Below, piece after piece: positions 13,708 through 26,544 of a DNA stretch of 64,000 nt (the first letter of the stretch is position 1; the number at the start of each line of letters is the position of its first letter). This stretch comes from Dicyema japonicum. Its lineage: Eukaryota > Animalia > Dicyemida. A model generated the notes under the pieces. It had not been told where the DNA came from. It worked only from the letters and a program-made list of their open reading frames with translations, and ran no database searches. Where the stretch lies: the NCBI GenBank assembly GCA_011109175.1, contig RDEW01000050.1, positions 291,581-355,580 of the forward strand, read 5' to 3'. A program made the position numbers and the translations under genes.

Positions 13708-14976
13708 TTATTATTATTATTAAAAACCAAAAATCACCGAGAAATTAAATAACTACATACCCGTCAGGTGATTCCGGCCGCCTCGAATAGCCATCTCATT
13801 TTTTCTCGATGTTCCTCCCGAGTTCCAACGCTTTTCCGGATTGGGCGTGGGTTTCTAACTTTTTGGGAGGTAGTAAGGTTCCGGTTTTCCTCAGTAATTC
13901 CTTAAATGGTGTAGGGTTTAGTGGTGTCTGTGAAAACCTTTGCAGAGCCTTACTAGCCATTTTTTGGAATGTATTATTTTTTTCCATATTCGTGTTTGAT
14001 AGTTTGGTTCTCAATGCAGCAAACCCGTAAGTTAGAGACGGTTGAATATACTGCACGTAGAGCGAGTCCAAATTTGAGTTGAAACACCCATTATAGTCTC
14101 CAAGGAGTGGTTTAACAAAATTTAGCTTTCGTTGTGCCGAGGAGATGACGTGTTTGCTGAAGGTCAAGAATGGGTCGTATGTTATGCCCAGTATCTTGAC
14201 CGAGTTGGTCGTGGGGATTGAGTTTCCATTTATGGTTACACATGGAGCGGAGTTTGTCAATCTTCTGTTTGTTGTGAAAATTGTTGTATAAGACTTTTCG
14301 GGACTTGTATGTAGAATGGTCTTAACGAGCCAACAGTTCAGACCATCCAATAAAGCTTGTAGACGGTATACAGCAGTATGAACGCATTGGTCTTTGGCTG
14401 CGACGATTATATCATCCGCATATGTCAGAACCAGAGTATCGTCATTGGTAAGGGAGGGGACATCATTTAGGAATAGGTTGAACAGGCGTGGTGACAGTGG
14501 AGATCCTTGAGGAACCCTATTTGGAAGGAACTTGGTCACTGACCTAGTTTTTCCAGCAGTCACTCTTCCTCTTCTTCCATTTAGGAAATTAGCAATCCAG
14601 ATTTTCAGGTTGTTTGGGATTTATTTAACAGCTTCTTGGGTCAGTGTCGAAAGCTTTCTCTACATCGATATCAATGACTTCTGATGAGGTTTGGGTTTAG
14701 GCCATCCTTGATGAAAGTTATAAAACATGTAAGATGCGTTTCTGTGGAGTGCCCTTTTCTGAATCCGCGTTGAAAAGGTGCATCAGGAAGGTATGGTTTG
14801 ATTAGTTCAAGAATCAGCTTTTCCAAAATTTTTGATGTAACACATAGGAGAGAGATTGGTTTGTATGAGGCTGGTGAGCCCTTTGGTCGTCCGGGTTTCA
14901 GAATTGGTCGTATGTTTGATAGCTTCCATATGGAAGGAATACGATTTTCGTTGATTGAAAAGTTGATGAGGGCCAT
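13708..14976 (-). mobile_element. 5'-truncated LINE family A
   Basis: YKPISLLCVTSKILEK, VPQGSPLSPRLFNLF, YADDI and KILGITYD. (TAA)n tail at ~13708-13722, tail-to-tail with the RTE-like copy. Confidence 0.85.
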
Positions 14977-14999
14977 GATAATAATAAATTAAAATAGAA

Positions 15000-16260
15000 A
15001 CAAATCACTTATTAGTTACTCTTTGACCTTCTTCCTCATAAGAGGGTCTCTGTTCCTTCTCTCAGTCTTCGAGCGAATACGCACGTGCTTAGGATGAATA
15101 TCACAGGAGACACAGTATCTAATAGGATGTGCAAGACTGAGAAGAAGGTTAGTAATACCCTGAGATGACATAGGTCCATAAGTTAGATTACGGACAACAT
15201 TCTTCTTATAGCTTTATCCTTTGGTACAACATTACAGAAATTAGTACATCGAACAAAATGTACTCTGCCTCATTGGAATTTGAATTCCCGGAACTTGTAC
15301 TTCTATCTTTACCTCTGAATTCTAAATACAACAAATCCTTAGTGGAAAATGCAGATTTCACGATTTTCATTGAAACTATCCGCAATCGAGGAGACTTCAA
15401 TAAGGTTAATTGGATCAGAACACAAAATCCAGTCCATTAAAAATTTCTTAATCGAATTACAACAGAAACTCGGCTAGTTTACCAAGCTGCCCTCTGTTCC
15501 ATACACTATCGAAATATCTACAATCATGCAGGAATTTTGAGCCGATGCCATGTCCAATGAAAAGAGCTGTACAGGATTCTCGACCCCGCCGAACTCGTCT
15601 TCTCCCTTGTCGGTCTAGGATCACTTAGTTAGTTGAGAACTTTTACTTCTTTCTCTTTGACCCAGTGATCCTGGGGGCAATAATAAAATAATAGATTGAA
15701 CCATGTATATCTTATGCATATGGCATCTGAGGTCCATCATTTCTTTTTTCTTTCGTATTTTAGCATATTCCATAGAATTACATCCCTCGTCAATTAGGAG
15801 GCCAAGGTATTTTTCATTTACTCTGCCTGACTGTTCTGTCTTTATCACGATTTCGCCTTTTGGTCGTCTACTATTGATATTAAGTACAACCATCAGAAAA
15901 AGTCACCACGTTGTATCAAAATATTTTAAATTAAATTAATTAAGACTAAAATAGAATTTGAATGTCCTGAACTTGTACTATCCTCACTTCTGAATTCTAT
16001 ATACAACCAATAGATTGAACCATATAGTTCTTATGCATGTGGCATCTGAAGTCCATTCATTTTTGTACAAATGTTTTGAAAATCGAGGTTAGTCGAAAAA
16101 GAGCCTCCAAAATTATGGAAAGATCGACTTCTAGAGAATCTGATCCTCCAAAGCCTCTAAATGCATAAACCGTAGAACATATTGTGATTACGAATATCCA
16201 GTCATTCGGCCAATACTTGCTTGTGTGGGGTCGAGGGAGGAGCATGGGTTTGTCTTATAA
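15000..16260 (-). mobile_element. Two tandem remnants of divergent LINE family B
   Basis: Duplicated segments 15277-15335/15955-16010 and 15690-15740/16009-16060. KYLG motif in ORF 15621-15893. Confidence 0.45.
15335..15692 (+). mobile_element. 3' end of LINE family A nested in family B remnant
   Basis: Colinear with 59670-59836 joined to 61177-61350. Ends in a CCCAG-TGATC-CTGGG hairpin and a TAA tail. Confidence 0.8.
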
Positions 16261-16595
16261 CGAATTTCCAAATTTTCTCTTAGACGTGTTTATTCGATTT
16301 TCTCGCTATTTTAAAATGAGGAGTAATTATGTCTATAAAGAACACCATTGAACAGTGACATGATGTGACTACGTCGTCAGCTCCACAGATTTCGCCCAGA
16401 TTAAGCGATAGCTTGTAGAACATTGCATATCAGCACGAGGACTTGCAGCCAATCAATGATCACACTAGATAATCACGGCCTAAAAGTAAAGAATCATAAG
16501 ATATAAAGTTCATTTTTGGGCTTAGGACAAGCCACGTGAGTGAATTAAAGCTCAAACTCCAAAATCATTCATAACAGTTATTATATTAAAACAAT

Positions 16596-17136
16596 TTACA
16601 AATCTACAACGACACCCTCAATTGAAGGAATGCGGTTCACAACAGAGACTTTCACAATTTTAACATTAAGAAAGCTCCCCACGTTCATTTTGAACTCCGA
16701 GTCCCAATGTGCATAACCCATGAAGATTCCGTGAATTATAAAATTAACAAAATCCCCCTCAAAGTTCGTAACGACCGATTTTACGACTGCGTCCTTCCTT
16801 GGCTATTTGTGAGGAAACGAAGAGACCGTAAAAACGATGGACTCAATGGAAATCTTTACGTTGAAAAAACCATCGTCCTCGATTATCCGCAGTTCCGGTG
16901 TATGTGAACTTGTTGTAGGACAGGAAGACGTATTTGTAACTGAATATACAAGAAATCAAACCAATCATTGTAAAATCCAATACTGTTATCCAAGTACTCC
17001 TTGATTCCACTGGAAATGTCGCATGTGTACTTTGGATGAATTCGTAAAGTCTTTTCTAGCGTGGTTTGAGACAGTAAGAGGTCGATTCCTTTGATTTCCT
17101 CAGTAACGACGAGTATGAGAAATCAAAAATTTCCAT
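16596..17136 (-). CDS. POLR1F: RNA polymerase I subunit RPA43 (TWISTNB)-like; 2 introns, 2 apparent frameshifts
   Basis: Removing introns 16940-16961 (22 nt) and 16803-16826 (24 nt) gives ...LRIHPKYTCDISSGIKEYLDNSIGFY...FLSYNKF...IIEDDGFFNVKISIESIVFTP...VVTNF...FIIHGIF, matching the RPA43 pattern. Frame breaks near 17076 and near 16900. Absent from the ORF track. Confidence 0.72.
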
Positions 17137-17629
17137 TATAAACGTGTTGAATTTATTATTTAGTAAATTTAAAAAATTATAATTTAAAACATTTAATCTT
17201 GAAAACAACAATTTATAATTTTAAATTTTTTATTAATTTTGTCCTTCCATAGTTTTCCTTACTAACTGTCATAGAAGCATTCTTATGTCAAAATATGGGT
17301 TCTTAGTGGTTTAGCAACTTATAACGGTTTGTTTGGACTCCAGAACCTCTTTTGTACCCTTATCAAGACTGGCGAAGTGTCCAGGCCAAAGAGGCAGGAC
17401 TGTTAAAATAGCCTTCTAATATAAATCCTAATTTCAGGTTTAATCAAATTGATGTTGTTTTAAAGTCAACTTGTCTCGCCCAAATTGGGACTTCTTTAGG
17501 AATCTGGCTGTCCGAATTGATTAAAGAAGTGCATGAGAGAAACCTGAGCTAAGTCTTAATATTGGTAGAAAAAGTCATGTTAACTATATAACATAAATTA
17601 TTTTTGAAAATATGAATTAACACCGACAC

Positions 17630-18000
17630 GCCTGTATTATCGCTGGGGATCTAAAGAAAGCAGTACATGGATTGACGCCTACCCGATTAGAAACATTGCA
17701 TGCATCTGAACGATGAACAGTGCTCATCGTTATCTCTATCCGCCTGGGGTTGAGAATATGCAAGGATCACCATTGTGGATACTTACAGACATCACGCCTT
17801 CTCCTACCGAAGAAGTGCAGGGAGATTTCCACAGCATAATAACTTGAATGATGTCGTGAACTCATACTGGAGCCCGCTGGTTGGGCAGGGAAGAAGGAAA
17901 ATAACCGGATGGAGTAACAATATTTCAGTTCGTGGAGGGAAAACAGTTAATTTAGGATGCAACATGTGTCGATTCCCTTCCCCCACCAATATGTGTTAAA
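17630..18000 (+). mobile_element. Highly decayed CRE remnant
   Basis: IRLGLRIC, HAFSYRRSAGRFPQHNNLNDVV and DATCVDS-like motifs. Confidence 0.6.
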
Positions 18001-18429
18001 GGCAAAAAGATCTAAGGAAAAGATTATAGAGCAGGCATGTCATCTCAAAAAGCTCAAGGGGACGCGTAAGATAATTTGAATATACAAGCGGGGCGTACTA
18101 AAAATCAAAAAACACCGTAATCTAATTGTAGTGTATTTAATAATTACAAGGCTATATTACGATAAATCGTCATTTTCACTCTTTGTTTTGTCGAATCTCT
18201 TTCACTGTAAGATTTGCGACCCATGCCGATCATTCGAGTGTATTCATTGCTTGCAGTAACAGAAGCGACATTGGCTTGCTCTATTTTCGTAAAACATGCC
18301 TGTTGTTGTGTCAACTTAGCCTTTAATTTTTTGAGTCTTGAAACAAACTTTTGGCACTCATATTTATCTCAAATTGTTGGTTAGTTTCATAATGTCTTTT
18401 TAAGTTGTACTATTTTTTTATCGTTAATT

Positions 18430-18870
18430 TTTTTAATTAAAAATGATAGAGACAAAACATTAGTTAGTTGCCGCCCTCACTGCGTGGCTGTTCCCTCTCA
18501 GAATTGCAAGCGAAATTCGCTCAAACAGCCAGGTCATTCGGAGAGGGTGGATGCTTCTCCAGTAGAATCTTGTAAGTATCAGCGGTTGGATTGCGTGGTC
18601 CGCCTGAAAGTGAAAGGGCCTTCAATGCGGATCGGGTTCCTCCTTCAAGCAACTTCGATCGTACAGTCTTTCTTAGGCGAAAAATCTCCGTTTCCCGAGT
18701 TGAACTCCGAGTCTCAGTTGAACAATGCAAAAGGACGGGAGGTCAAGTGTACTCTTTCGGTGAGCTGTCATTGCAAACTAAACAATGTATTATTGCATTA
18801 CCCATTGCACAAAACTACTGTAGTTCACATTTTTCTTGAAATACCTGTCTTTCAAGTTTCCTTTTCTTCT
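18430..18870 (-). mobile_element. CRE deletion derivative (pre-RT region fused to extreme C-terminus)
   Basis: KLLEGGTRSALKALS...LLEKHPPSP is joined directly to WLFERISLAILRGNSHAVRAA*. Confidence 0.7.
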
Positions 18871-19174
18871 TAGCATTTTAAATGGAGTCAGTTTGCGAGT
18901 GCTTTATAAAGACAATATAATAACTGGATTCCACACGATACAATTTATTATCGTTTTAATTTTTGCTAAAATTGCAAGTATCGCCAATAAATGAAACAAG
19001 TTCAGTATCATGTTAGCGGACGTAAGCGTGCGGTTTCCGCCAAACAGGTGGACGCACCTAGTAGGACAGTATCGTTGTTCTGGGAACGTTCATATATAAG
19101 GGCAAGCGAAAATTGTAAGCGTATTAATTGAAGAGTCCCATAGGGATCTATTTTGATCTCTCTATTATTTAACG

Positions 19175-19720
19175 TTCTGATTGCCGGTTTCCAGTCTCCG
19201 AGGTCACAAGTACGAGATCTCTTATATTCGTAGACGATATTCTACTGTTTGATGTGTCAAAATATAGAATGACCTCGGATAGGAGACTCAATGTATATAT
19301 GGAAGAGATAAGAGACTGGTGTGGTCTCCAAGGATTAAAGTTGTCTGAAGAAAAATATAATGCAATTATGTTTTCGGTCGAAAACATCAGCAAAGCTCCC
19401 TATATGGAATCGAAATCCCTGAGGTATCTCGGAACAGTTTTTTTAGAAAATTATGAAATTAAAACAAAAAACAAGGATGTTATTATTTATTTTTCACATA
19501 CAATCATTCCATCGCTCCTCCATGGGCTTGAAGGATAGTATTACACTGCATACAAGGAGCGTTTTCTCTTTCTTCTGAGAAGAGATGCTATTCTTGACTC
19601 TTATGTCGCAGCACGGAATGAACCGTAAAAGGGGTCTGAGATCGCAGAGGAGAGTCAAAGCTATGGCAGTACTTGTGGTAAGAAGCATCAAAATAATGTT
19701 CTCTTAACTTTCTTTTGTTA
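19175..19720 (+). mobile_element. LINE family B remnant
   Basis: FVDDILL and LRYLG motifs. 3' part similar to 31090-31400. Confidence 0.55.
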
Positions 19721-19959
19721 ATACAGTTTGTTAAAGTTAGGCATAGAACGCTCATAACCGCGGCCTGTCAATTTGATGCCAATGACAGAAATCCACGGCT
19801 TTTCTCGGATAATGAGTGGCAATAAACCAAACTAATTATTAGGGGCAATATTGCCTCAATCAACAAAAATAAAAAAATTGCTTTTTGATTAAAAATAAAG
19901 TTAATTTTTGTTTTTAAAAAAAACATAATTTTTTATTTATTACTGTCCTCCTCTTGTTT

Positions 19960-20360
19960 CATATAGAAACATTATCGAGTATGCCTGTGCTGCATGGATT
20001 GCCCCGCTATAACTATCGGCACAGACCAAGCTGGAATTGTTACAAAACGGATGTCTCAGAATTTTATTGAAATCGTCGAAAAAGATTCATTTCGTTACTA
20101 CAAAACTAAACGTCCCCCAATCATGGAATACCTTACGGAACGCATCGAACTTTTTCGAGATGGCAAAGTCCCCTGATCACCCCCTCAGGCCGGACATTAC
20201 ACTATATCTGGACGCCTGCCGAGAAGAAACCTTCCCCATTGAGGAGATTAATCCAGGACTCCTTAACTAACTGCAGAAAAAGGACTGGTATGGAGACATG
20301 GATCACTTAATTAGAAGATAACTCTTATCCTCTTTCTCGTGATTTCGGAGTTAATAATTT
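19960..20360 (+). mobile_element. 3' remnant of LINE family A
   Basis: IEYACAAW-like motif. Terminal GGATCACTTAATTAG, pyrimidine tract, degenerate hairpin and TAATAA. Confidence 0.5.
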
Positions 20361-20582
20361 AAATATGGAGACACAAAGAACTATTTGACTATTTTAATGA
20401 GTGGTGTCTTAATATTTGTTCTTAAATATATTTTCCCGTTATCACTTAGAACTAAGAATCTTCGCATTTGTTTCTATAAAACCTATAAAATGAGATAATT
20501 TTGAATATTTTCGAATGCATTTTTATGAGCTTTGAGGATCAACTGTCTAAAACTGCACGTATAGGATGGTAGTTAATATGAT

Positions 20583-23147
20583 GACAATGGAAAAGGATCC
20601 GAAACCAACACCGAAACCCAAAGAGCATATTTCTCGCACGTCTATCCCTGCATTATCTGTGGAGAGGCAAACAAGAGAAATATAGTATCCAATGTTCCCG
20701 TTGCCCAAATTTTGGACACCTTGGGTGCAACAAGCTGACAAGACGGACTGCTCAGTGTCTCCCAAGTTGGTCATGCCCCACATGCTTTGGGAACCCCACA
20801 AGGCAAAAAAAACCGCTCTCTGGTTCAGTCCTGGACCTATCTAACACGGACGAATGTTTACGCCGCCTGAACCGGCTTGTATCAGAGAGGGTTATCCCAC
20901 TCAGAATCCCAAAGTCGGTGCGCCTAGCAGCTGCCACTTGTCTCTCAAAACTAATCACCAAAGCAGTCAGGACAAACCCAAGAAGCTTGGATGCGCCTTC
21001 TCTGCTTTGCACCTCATTTCCTCGGATCACATCCGACCGACCTGAAGGAACGGAATGTCAAGTAAATCATCAAAAGGAACGTTTCTAAATACGAAAGTAT
21101 CAACCTGGTGGATACACTGGAAAGCATTTCGACTGCTGTTGACTCACCCTCTTCATCCAGAACCAAGAAAAGAGTCTTCGCAGAGAAATAAAAGAAGATC
21201 ATGGTTGGGGACATTCGGGGAGCCCTACGTACACTCTCCAGCAGCGACAAGGTTCTTTCACCAAGCAAAGAAACCTTAGACTAGTTAGTCCAGAAACATC
21301 CGCCCACACCAGCTGATCTATGTGACACGAAAATTCAAAAGGATGTCCCACAACAAAATGCCACCCCTGATGATATTAAATGGGCTATTCGTGCATTCCC
21401 TGGAAGCAGCGGCGCTGGTCTGGACGGCCTACGCCCAAGCCACATAAAAGACCTCACCTCTGTAACAACCGTCGACACAGGGGACTCCCTCATCATCTCA
21501 TTGAATGCTATTACGAACCACGTTCTTCGGGCAGATATCTCGGAGTATGCTCGAGAACTCCTCTTCGCTTCGAGGTTGGTAGCCTTCAAGAAGCCTTGCG
21601 GCGGGATAAGACCCATCGCCATTGGTAACGTCCTTAGGCGCCTATCGTCGAAGATCGCTGCCAGAGCAGCCAGCAAGACTTTGAGTGCCGAACTTAGTCC
21701 TGTCCAACTCGGAGTTGGAGTACCTAATGGATGTGAAGCAGTAATACATTCAATCCGGAATTTTGTTGCCAGCCCTCCTGACGCGCAGGATTCAATTATA
21801 GTCAAACTGGACATACGTAATGCATTCAATAGCATCCGAAGGGATAGAATCATAGAAGATAGTGTCTCTAGGATTCCTGAGATCAGCAGGATGGTCAGAC
21901 TCTCATATGGTTCCCCGTGTACGCTGATCTTCGGACAACACGCCATCAGTCCAAGACTGGAGTCCAACAAGGAGACCCACTTGGCCCTCTACTCTTTGCT
22001 TTGGGTATCGACTGTGTATCATCTGCGATCAAAACTCCCTTGAACTTATAGTACCTTGATGACGCGACCATTGGGGGGAGTTGGGATATTGTTGTGGAAG
22101 AGGTTAAACGCGTCATCCCTGCGCGGCACTCGGAGTTGAATCCATTGAAGTGCGAAGTTATTAACGTGACCTGTGGAGAGGACACCTTTGAACGCGCAAT
22201 AACGACCATTTCTACTTGCCTCCAGGACATCAAAGTCACCCGACTAGAAAAGGCGATTTTCCTCAGATCTCCTCTGTATGACATGTCAACTGTCCTGGAG
22301 GAGAAGAGTGAATCTGTACAGCTGCTCACGCACAATCTAAAAGCTTTGGACTCCCACATTTCTCTCTTCATCCTCAAGAATTTTCATCTTACACCACGAC
22401 TCCTTTTTTTTCTACGGACATCCCCATGTTTCACAGACATGGATTTCTTGAGAGTTATCGATGAGAAGCTGAGGACCTCTGTTGAAGAAACACTTAACAT
22501 CTCTCTGGATAAAGCAGGGTGGACCCAATGCAAGTTACCACTTCGTTATGGAGGAATTGGGATACGTCCAGCCTTTCTGTCTTCGACATATGCTTCCCGT
22601 GGTCTAGTTCACCAGATCCTACGCTACATTAACGGATCGGACACTGAACCAATGGCATGCATGGCTCACGATCTTTGGATTGGACTTAATTTGGGATTCC
22701 CGAAGAACTTCAACAAACAACGAGACTGGAATGAACTTGTATGTTCGAGGACCATCGATGAGCTAAAACCACAACTCGACCAGCATCGTCTGGGTTGTCT
22801 GGCTACCGCATCAACAAACGTAAGTGGTGCATGGCTCAAAGCATTCCCGTGCATTTCACTCGGAACTTTTCTGGACGATGACTCCACGAGGATTGGGGTT
22901 TGCGTCCGCCTCGGAATTGATGTTTGCGCAATACATCGCTGTAGATCTGGAGGAATAGTCGACACGAAAGGACTCCACGCACTTTCCTGCCGAAGGAGCG
23001 CTGGAAGGAGCATGAGACATAGTGCAATCAACAAGGTTATTGCGTGGGGACTAGAAGCTGCCGGCTTCCCTGTCCAGATGGAGCCCCTAGGACTTACACG
23101 GCAGACAGAAGGCCGATGGAGCGACTCTGTCCCCGTGGGTTAAAAAA
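20583..23147 (+). mobile_element. CRE-clade retrotransposon with N-terminal PHD finger; 3'-truncated, frameshifted
   Basis: GGIRPIAIGNVLRRL, QLGVGVPNGCEA, KLDIRNAFNSI, GVQQGDPLGP, YLDD and HALSCRRSAGRSMRH motifs. 12-bp direct repeat AGTTAATATGAT at 20571-20582 and 23148-23159. Confidence 0.9.
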
Positions 23148-23599
23148 AGTTAATATGATTATAAATTTTCCCTTAGTTTATGTCATATTTATTTAGATTA
23201 GTTGACATTTATATATTTCCATGTTCTTTACTAATAATTATTAATGACATCACTTTCATTAAGTGTTATCTGTGGTAGACGTCTCTCTATTACACTTAAA
23301 TCTTACACACGCCATAGTAACTACTTGAAAAGGTTTGCCATGTCAATAGATAATATTTAAAATATTAGGACAGCCTTAATCTTAACTAGTAACCAACCAC
23401 AACTGGGTTCAATTAGGAAAATCACTTAATTAGTCTCCACATTAGCTATTATTAAAGCCATTCAAACAGCAATTAATTTCTAAGGAATCATAACATACAA
23501 CCAATTAATTGTCCAATAATAAACTCTAATCACACATCCAAACTTAAAGATATTAATTCTCAAACAGTTTTAAAACCAAAGAAACCAGAAAAATGGTAA

Positions 23600-24704
23600 T
23601 TAATTAACAAAGTACCACATTGGGTCTCCTACAAGTAACCACCAACCACAAACCTTCAGATGGAGTCTCTGCCACTACACTATTCTCAGCCTACCAATAA
23701 ATAATACTATAACCGCATCAACATATTTCTCCACATCCTTCTCAAAGTAATTCCCCTCTAATGTTGTGTTAACCCTATAATAGATCTACTAATGTACATG
23801 CTATTAGACTTCTTCAGGATGGGAGACCTTAATAGACCCTTCCATGACTCATGAGCCTCCATGATGACTTTGAGGGCGTATTTCTAAGGATCACTAACAC
23901 AGCTAACAGGATCCTTGAACTTTCCATCAAAACCAAACATATTGGCGGGCTTTCCGTCAGGCTTCTTGTAGTCCCTAAACCACGTGTGTGTCGCCTAGAG
24001 TAAGAAATAATACCAACTGAAAGCAATCCCGGCATTAATAGTTCTACGTCACCGATGTCTTCAAGTTAGACACACCAGTAACCATTCATTTTGGGAGCCA
24101 TGGGGTCGTCAGTCCTTATTCCTATCACCTTCCAATCGGTCTCCCCTGTAATTATAAGAATTCGTGATTGAGGATAATTACAAAACATAATCGCAAAATA
24201 GTTGCCAATAACCTTGATCAAGCAGACAGAGAACTCCGAGGACCTTCACAGAACAGATCTCACCGCACTCACAGACCTTATTGACTACGGCATTCACTTT
24301 ACTGCCGATTTCGCAGATATCGAGAGGATCATCGTCTCCGACGCATTTGGTGTCGGAATTCATCACATTTGGGTCTTCCCAAGTTTGGGGAATGGCTCCG
24401 TAGTTCCAAATGTACCCTCTGAATGGGAATATGTTATGGACAAAGCGGAGTTTTCCATTCTTTGTGTCCTGTTTGATTGGGTTTAGTGGACTGCTCTTAT
24501 CGATCTCCATTTTGGCGTTAGACCAACGTGGAATTTCCACAACCATATTCACTACTTTGTTCTCTTCTGATGCGTACAATGGAATGTCATGCCATGGAGA
24601 AACAAAGCCAGTCTTTGTGGACTCTAAAATTGAGCTATTTCTATACCTATAAAGACTCTGTTTGTTGTTGTGAACTTTACACCCACGTTTCTAAACCTAT
24701 ACAT
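23600..24704 (-). CDS. PPA1: Soluble inorganic pyrophosphatase (family I), 10 exons
   Basis: [57 protein letters not shown] and [12 protein letters not shown]. Nine GT-AG introns (23, 21, 67, 24, 23, 24, 23, 23, 25 nt) give one uninterrupted frame. Confidence 0.95.
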
Positions 24705-26544
24705 TTTTAGGCATTTTATTGACTAGTTTACAGCAAATTAGGTTAACCACTTTTTTATGTTTTTATTACAATATTTATTTATTACTTAATTATATATTTT
24801 CTGCAAAATGTGGCCTATTGAAATTTTTCTATAACTTTCAGTCTTCTGTATGTTTCTTGTCTTTGGCTCAGTTCTTTTTCTCTATTTTTATATTAACGTT
24901 ACGTCATTTGATCCACGTGTCTCAGGAAAATCCCAATGTTATGACGTTGTTTAGAGAGTAATTTCCTTTCCCCACTTCACTGGATCCTGGAAGGATTCCA
25001 CACCTGTGGGATCTTAAAGAACTCGCCACTTCGTGACCATTGGAACTGGGTTCACTTAGTGTCAACATCTCATTCTCAGTGTATGATTAATAAATTAAAA
25101 TAACCACACTAAGGAATCGTTGCAAAGTTATGGGTTCAAATCGTATCAGTTTCAAAACTTCCAAATCTTAATTATTGAGTTTCTATAAAATCAGACCTTA
25201 GTCTAACATCAAAAAAGATTAACATTAAGTCATATGATAAATACAATATATAAATCGGGGGGTCATCTTATTATTTATTTAATAACCTCGAAAAAGAAAC
25301 ACCAAGAAAGAAGGAATAAACCAACTAATTAAATAATCCCGGTACACCTCAAAAGGATCGAGAGGTTTTTCTTATATTCCTCTAGAGTACCCACGGCTTT
25401 CCTGTATCGACGACGATTACCTTCATTAAAATTTGAAGGGGGGTGGGTTTTATTCCCAATTTACGTGTATTTGAGACTTCTAGTCTTGAATGGAAGAAAC
25501 GACTTGTTTCGTGACCACACAGACCGATGAAACTGGAGCCGTTGTTTTCGATTGAGGGTGGTCAAGCATTGGGGGAAAAGATCGGCAGGTAGACTAAGTG
25601 CTCCAGTCTTCTTCTTTCTACAGATTGTCATAAAATCCTGGATTGATCTCCATATAGAAGAAGGTTTTTTCCCATGTCTGGGAATTCCAAATATTGTCCC
25701 CAAACGGGATGCTCTGCACATTTGGCAATTTTAAATTAATTATTACCCAGTTTCACTAATATGTAGGAAACAGGCTGTCAAAAAGCGCACTGTTGAGACA
25801 AGACGCTCCAGTAATCCAGAACCTTTACGTTGAGGCTTAATGACCCAAGGAAATCAAAGAGATCCTGAAATACTCTTTGAGAAATATTGGTGATTAACAC
25901 GAATACGGTACACAGACTTTTAATCCAGTCGTAATGAGATCCCTATACGGAATCATTCCTTAGTTAATTATTAATGTAAATAATTAATAATGACCCAAAG
26001 GCAGTTGAAAACCTCGACAACATTAATCTATGAGATCAGTGGTAGCGATTGAGTACAGAGTAAAAGAATGACATTTAATATTGTGTCTTGGACTGCAGAA
26101 TACTGTGGTTTCCGTGAACCCCTCATTATTATGGTTAAGCATGATATAGTTTTAAATATAACATTTTTACTTAATATACTTTCCCCTATTAGGCAAATCT
26201 ATTTAAGAAGGGTGACGAGCAATTGTTTATTATCGTAAATTCCCACGTGGAGTACATAACAAAGTCAATTTGGGAACCAACTAAATTTATGAGCTTTACT
26301 TACCAAAACTTACAAAAATATCTGAATATGTTAAACTGATTACGCACAAAGTAATTAAGTGACCCAAATACCCATAGTCGACAATATTGTCTTCCCGATT
26401 CCTAGTTTTCCAGATAAGTCGCAGTGGTGTATTCTAAGAATTATTATTAAGCAAAGAACTCAACAAATTAACAATTGAAACCGAATTTAACGACTATCTA
26501 GTTTTATTAATAATTTTACTAATAAGTTTATTATTTATTTTAAC

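Noticed and set aside
18418-18965. TSD around the deleted CRE (ttatcgtt..aattttt)
   Set aside because: Imperfect, low-complexity AT-rich match that could be chance.
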